Of a DNA stretch of 58,770 nucleotides, positions 56,597 to 58,770 are shown in pieces; the stretch's first letter is position 1; every line of letters starts with the position of its first letter. Under the pieces are notes generated by a model that saw only the letters and a list, made by a program, of their open reading frames with translations, did not search any database and was not told where the DNA came from. The position numbers were made by a program, and so were the translations under genes. Source of the DNA: a virus (Duplodnaviria; Caudoviricetes); IMG/VR virus record IMGVR_UViG_3300045999_011096, positions 1-58,770 of that record; one strand, 5' to 3'.

Positions 56597-56926
56597 TTAC
56601 AGTGACACAGGATGACATAACACAAACCAACTCAAGGTTTTATCTTCATCTACATAGATGCGATAATCGCCATACTTGACAGCATACGCCCAAACTGGAT
56701 TGATATCGTTGTCTTGATATGATTCTGGATTGTGTCGTTTGTTCTGTATCATTCTGGATCGAGTCTCGACGTCTTGACTCCAGCCAAAATTCTCATTGAA
56801 CCAACGTCGGCATCGATCAAAGTCCAATACGCCAGTGCCGGAAGTTGGGTTGGTAGAGAACTCGATGAGGTATCGGTATCCATGCCGGGTATACCTATTG
56901 TCCATTTTGGTTATTTGATAGCGCAT
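56597..56926 (-). CDS. Hypothetical protein
   Basis: 109-aa ORF between the ATPase and VWA genes. Confidence 0.65.
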   Translation of the reverse strand: MRYQITKMDNRYTRHGYRYLIEFSTNPTSGTGVLDFDRCRRWFNENFGWSQDVETRSRMIQNKRHNPESYQDNDINPVWAYAVKYGDYRIYVDEDKTLSWFVLCHPVSL

Positions 56927-56940
56927 AGTGCAATAGAAAT

Positions 56941-56986
56941 AAAAAAGGGCCGTGTGCCACAGCCCATGTTTAGCGGCACACGACCC
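56941..56986 (-). terminator. Intrinsic terminator after the ATPase
   Basis: Minus strand GGGTCGTGTGCCGC-N12-GTGGCACACGGCCC followed by TTTTTT. Confidence 0.75.
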
Positions 56987-56992
56987 ACACCT

Positions 56993-58078
56993 TTAGGCCG
57001 AAGCCTGCAGAATGTACTTGCCAAAACGTTGATGAAACTCGTCAAAGTTCTTGAGCTTGGTGGGCAGGAAGGGCAAGTCGTATGTGGTCAATGCAATACG
57101 AGCACCCATAACAGTGAGCTCAGTCTCAAAGTTCTTCATCATGTAGCCCAGGAAGTTGTCGGCCATTTCGTGAAACTTCTTGTCCTCCACTTTGGTCTCG
57201 ACAGCGGCCTTGAGCTCGTAGCACATGGAGATCACCAGACTGTACATGGCGCTGACTTCTTTGACCTGCAGGTCCTTGACCTTGCCTTCCAAGATGTCCT
57301 TGGGGTTGGGCATGCGACTTGCAACCTTGCGATGGCTCATGAACTTCACAGCAAGACCTTCACCCACAGTACCCGCAATTAGGTTGGTCAAGGTTTCATC
57401 GTCAGTGGACTCGTCGTTCAACAGCTGGCTTACAAAGGTCCAAGAGCGCGGAGTAGCAAATGCACGGCTGGAACTCTTGCTGTCAAAGTCGTACAGGTCC
57501 TGCTTGGCAAAGCTGAGGTAACCCACCACGTCTTTGTGGATCTTGTTCATCACAGCCCACTCTTGATAACTGGCAAAGTCCACCTTCATCTCTTGGTGAA
57601 TAAAGCGGTTGGCCAACGGTGTGGGCATGCGATAAGTAACGCCCTTGTCCGATTCACGATTACCTGCGGCAACCATGACCACATTGTCGGGCAGACGATA
57701 CTTGCCCACGCGACGGTTCAAAATCAGCTGATAGGCTGCGGACTGCACACTGGCAGGAGCCGAGTTTAGTTCGTCCAAGAACAGCACCACAATAGGGTAC
57801 TGGCTGGCAATTTCTTCGTCGGGAAGTTCCACAGGGGGAGCCCAATCCATCTTGCCAAGATCTTTGTTATAAAACGGAATACCACGAATGTCAGTGGGCT
57901 CCATCTGACCCAGTCGCAGGTCAATCATCAAACCACCAAGTTCGGCAGTGATACCCTCCACAAGTTCGCTCTTGCCAATGCCGGGAGGACCCCACAAGAA
58001 CAAGGGACGTTTGACTTCAAATGCCTTGAGCAGACTTTTACGAGCCTGCAGAGCGGTTACGGTACGTGATTCAGACAT
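56993..58078 (-). CDS. MoxR-like AAA+ ATPase
   Basis: GPPGIGKS (Walker A), LFLDE (Walker B), AAGN, LANRF, TPRSW. Confidence 0.9.
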   Translation of the reverse strand: MSESRTVTALQARKSLLKAFEVKRPLFLWGPPGIGKSELVEGITAELGGLMIDLRLGQMEPTDIRGIPFYNKDLGKMDWAPPVELPDEEIASQYPIVVLFLDELNSAPASVQSAAYQLILNRRVGKYRLPDNVVMVAAGNRESDKGVTYRMPTPLANRFIHQEMKVDFASYQEWAVMNKIHKDVVGYLSFAKQDLYDFDSKSSSRAFATPRSWTFVSQLLNDESTDDETLTNLIAGTVGEGLAVKFMSHRKVASRMPNPKDILEGKVKDLQVKEVSAMYSLVISMCYELKAAVETKVEDKKFHEMADNFLGYMMKNFETELTVMGARIALTTYDLPFLPTKLKNFDEFHQRFGKYILQASA

Positions 58079-58113
58079 GGGCTTTGCCTTTCAAAAAATG
58101 TTGCTAAGTTGTT

Positions 58114-58142
58114 ATTGTAGTTGATCTTGATTTAATGGTCAA
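58114..58142 (-). promoter_or_regulatory. Sigma70-like early promoter
   Basis: TTGACC-N17-TACAAT. Confidence 0.75.
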
Positions 58143-58312
58143 CTGTTGATGGTAGCAAAGGGACTAAGAGTTTCATCAGAATCTTCGTCCACCTCTTGCG
58201 CTTCGTAGACCCACGTCACTGGAATCTCCAGCTCTCGGGCCACTTCCATAGGACTCTTGCCTTTCTCAAGCAGGTCCTGGATGTCTAGGTCTAGTTCGCT
58301 CATGCGGCTCAT
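58139..58312 (-). CDS. Small protein with an HTH-like pattern
   Basis: LLEKGKSPMEVARELEIPVTWV; ATG at 58312 is coupled to the upstream gene. Confidence 0.6.
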   Translation of the reverse strand: MSRMSELDLDIQDLLEKGKSPMEVARELEIPVTWVYEAQEVDEDSDETLSPFATINS

Positions 58313-58581
58313 GCTGTCTCCTTCATGCAATATTCAAACAAAATCCACTTGGCACGATTCAACGTCTGGCGTTGATCTTCCATGATGTTGGCCAGGGTGT
58401 CGCTGTCGTAAGGACCATAGCTCACCATCTCTTGGCAGTCGCTCAGGAGGCTGGCCGCCATCATTGCCGGACCTGAAAAACGAAACGTGATGCTCTCTTC
58501 CACTGCTTCACGCAACTGGGCTTCGGTGCAACCATACATGTGAATGTCGCGTTTTTGGCTTTCATTGAGTTCCCGGTACAT
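58309..58581 (-). CDS. Hypothetical protein
   Basis: AAGGAG RBS and a promoter upstream. Confidence 0.7.
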   Translation of the reverse strand: MYRELNESQKRDIHMYGCTEAQLREAVEESITFRFSGPAMMAASLLSDCQEMVSYGPYDSDTLANIMEDQRQTLNRAKWILFEYCMKETA

Positions 58582-58612
58582 CGCTGGCTCCTTTTTGTTA
58601 CACTATGCCTAT

Positions 58613-58641
58613 ATTATAGCAAATCGGAAATTATTGGTCAA
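58613..58641 (-). promoter_or_regulatory. Sigma70-like early promoter
   Basis: TTGACC-N17-TATAAT; spacer begins AATAATT, as in the promoter at 56545. Confidence 0.8.
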
Positions 58642-58644
58642 CCC

Positions 58645-58676
58645 AAAAAAAAGCCCCGCAAACTTGCAGGGCTTTT
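58645..58676 (-). terminator. Intrinsic terminator
   Basis: Plus strand AAAAGCCCcGCAA-ac-TTGCaGGGCTTTT hairpin; T-tract follows on the minus strand. Confidence 0.7.
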
Positions 58677-58717
58677 GTAGTACTTGAGTATTACTTTTCA
58701 AAACTAGTACTCTAGTA

Positions 58718-58770
58718 CTACATGGCAGGACCGTTGCCGTTGCGAAACCCTATCTCCCCACCTTCTGCTT
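58718..58770 (-). CDS. 3' end of a gene starting outside the window (...AEGGEIGFRNGNGPAM*)
   Basis: Open frame to a TAG, followed by a terminator. Confidence 0.4.
   Translation of the reverse strand, partial: AEGGEIGFRNGNGPAM

Noticed and set aside
1-58770. CRISPR array, tRNA/rRNA, integrase/transposase, intron or intein
   Set aside because: No regularly spaced repeats, cloverleaf or mobile-element motifs were seen by eye, and intergenic gaps are very short. A dedicated scan was not run.
1-58770. Stop-codon recoding
   Set aside because: Genes up to 14 kb are intact in the standard code, and TAA, TGA and TAG all appear as stops.

Overview
This window is a segment of a large tailed-phage genome, probably a jumbo myovirus, in the standard genetic code and densely coding. 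It has three blocks. (1) 1-28.4 kb, + strand, is the contractile-tail baseplate/fibre module: hub-like protein, gp5/Vgr-like spike, a protein with a degenerate lysozyme-like domain, gp25- and gp6-like wedge proteins, a 4727-aa wedge/adhesin, and a fibre with a peptidase-G2-like end. T4-late-like TAAATA boxes precede several of these genes. (2) 28.4-52.1 kb is a ~24 kb sugar-tailoring cluster: about 7 glycosyltransferase-like genes, 5 radical SAM paralogues with an N-terminal Twitch/SPASM-type Cys domain, 3 SGNH proteins, 2 sulfotransferase-like proteins, an O-carbamoyltransferase, an amidinotransferase, a DegT aminotransferase and an NDP-sugar epimerase/dehydratase. It also holds two translationally coupled micro-ORFs missed by the ORF track, one matching a ~30-aa module embedded in another cluster protein. 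(3) 52.1-58.8 kb, - strand, holds thyX, small hypotheticals and a MoxR ATPase with a VWA-metallopeptidase, under sigma70-type promoters. The best candidate for an undescribed system is block 2: a possibly late-expressed, aminoglycoside-like pathway (amino to guanidino, carbamoyl, radical SAM) that may decorate virion proteins. All family calls come from motif recognition only; no searches were run.
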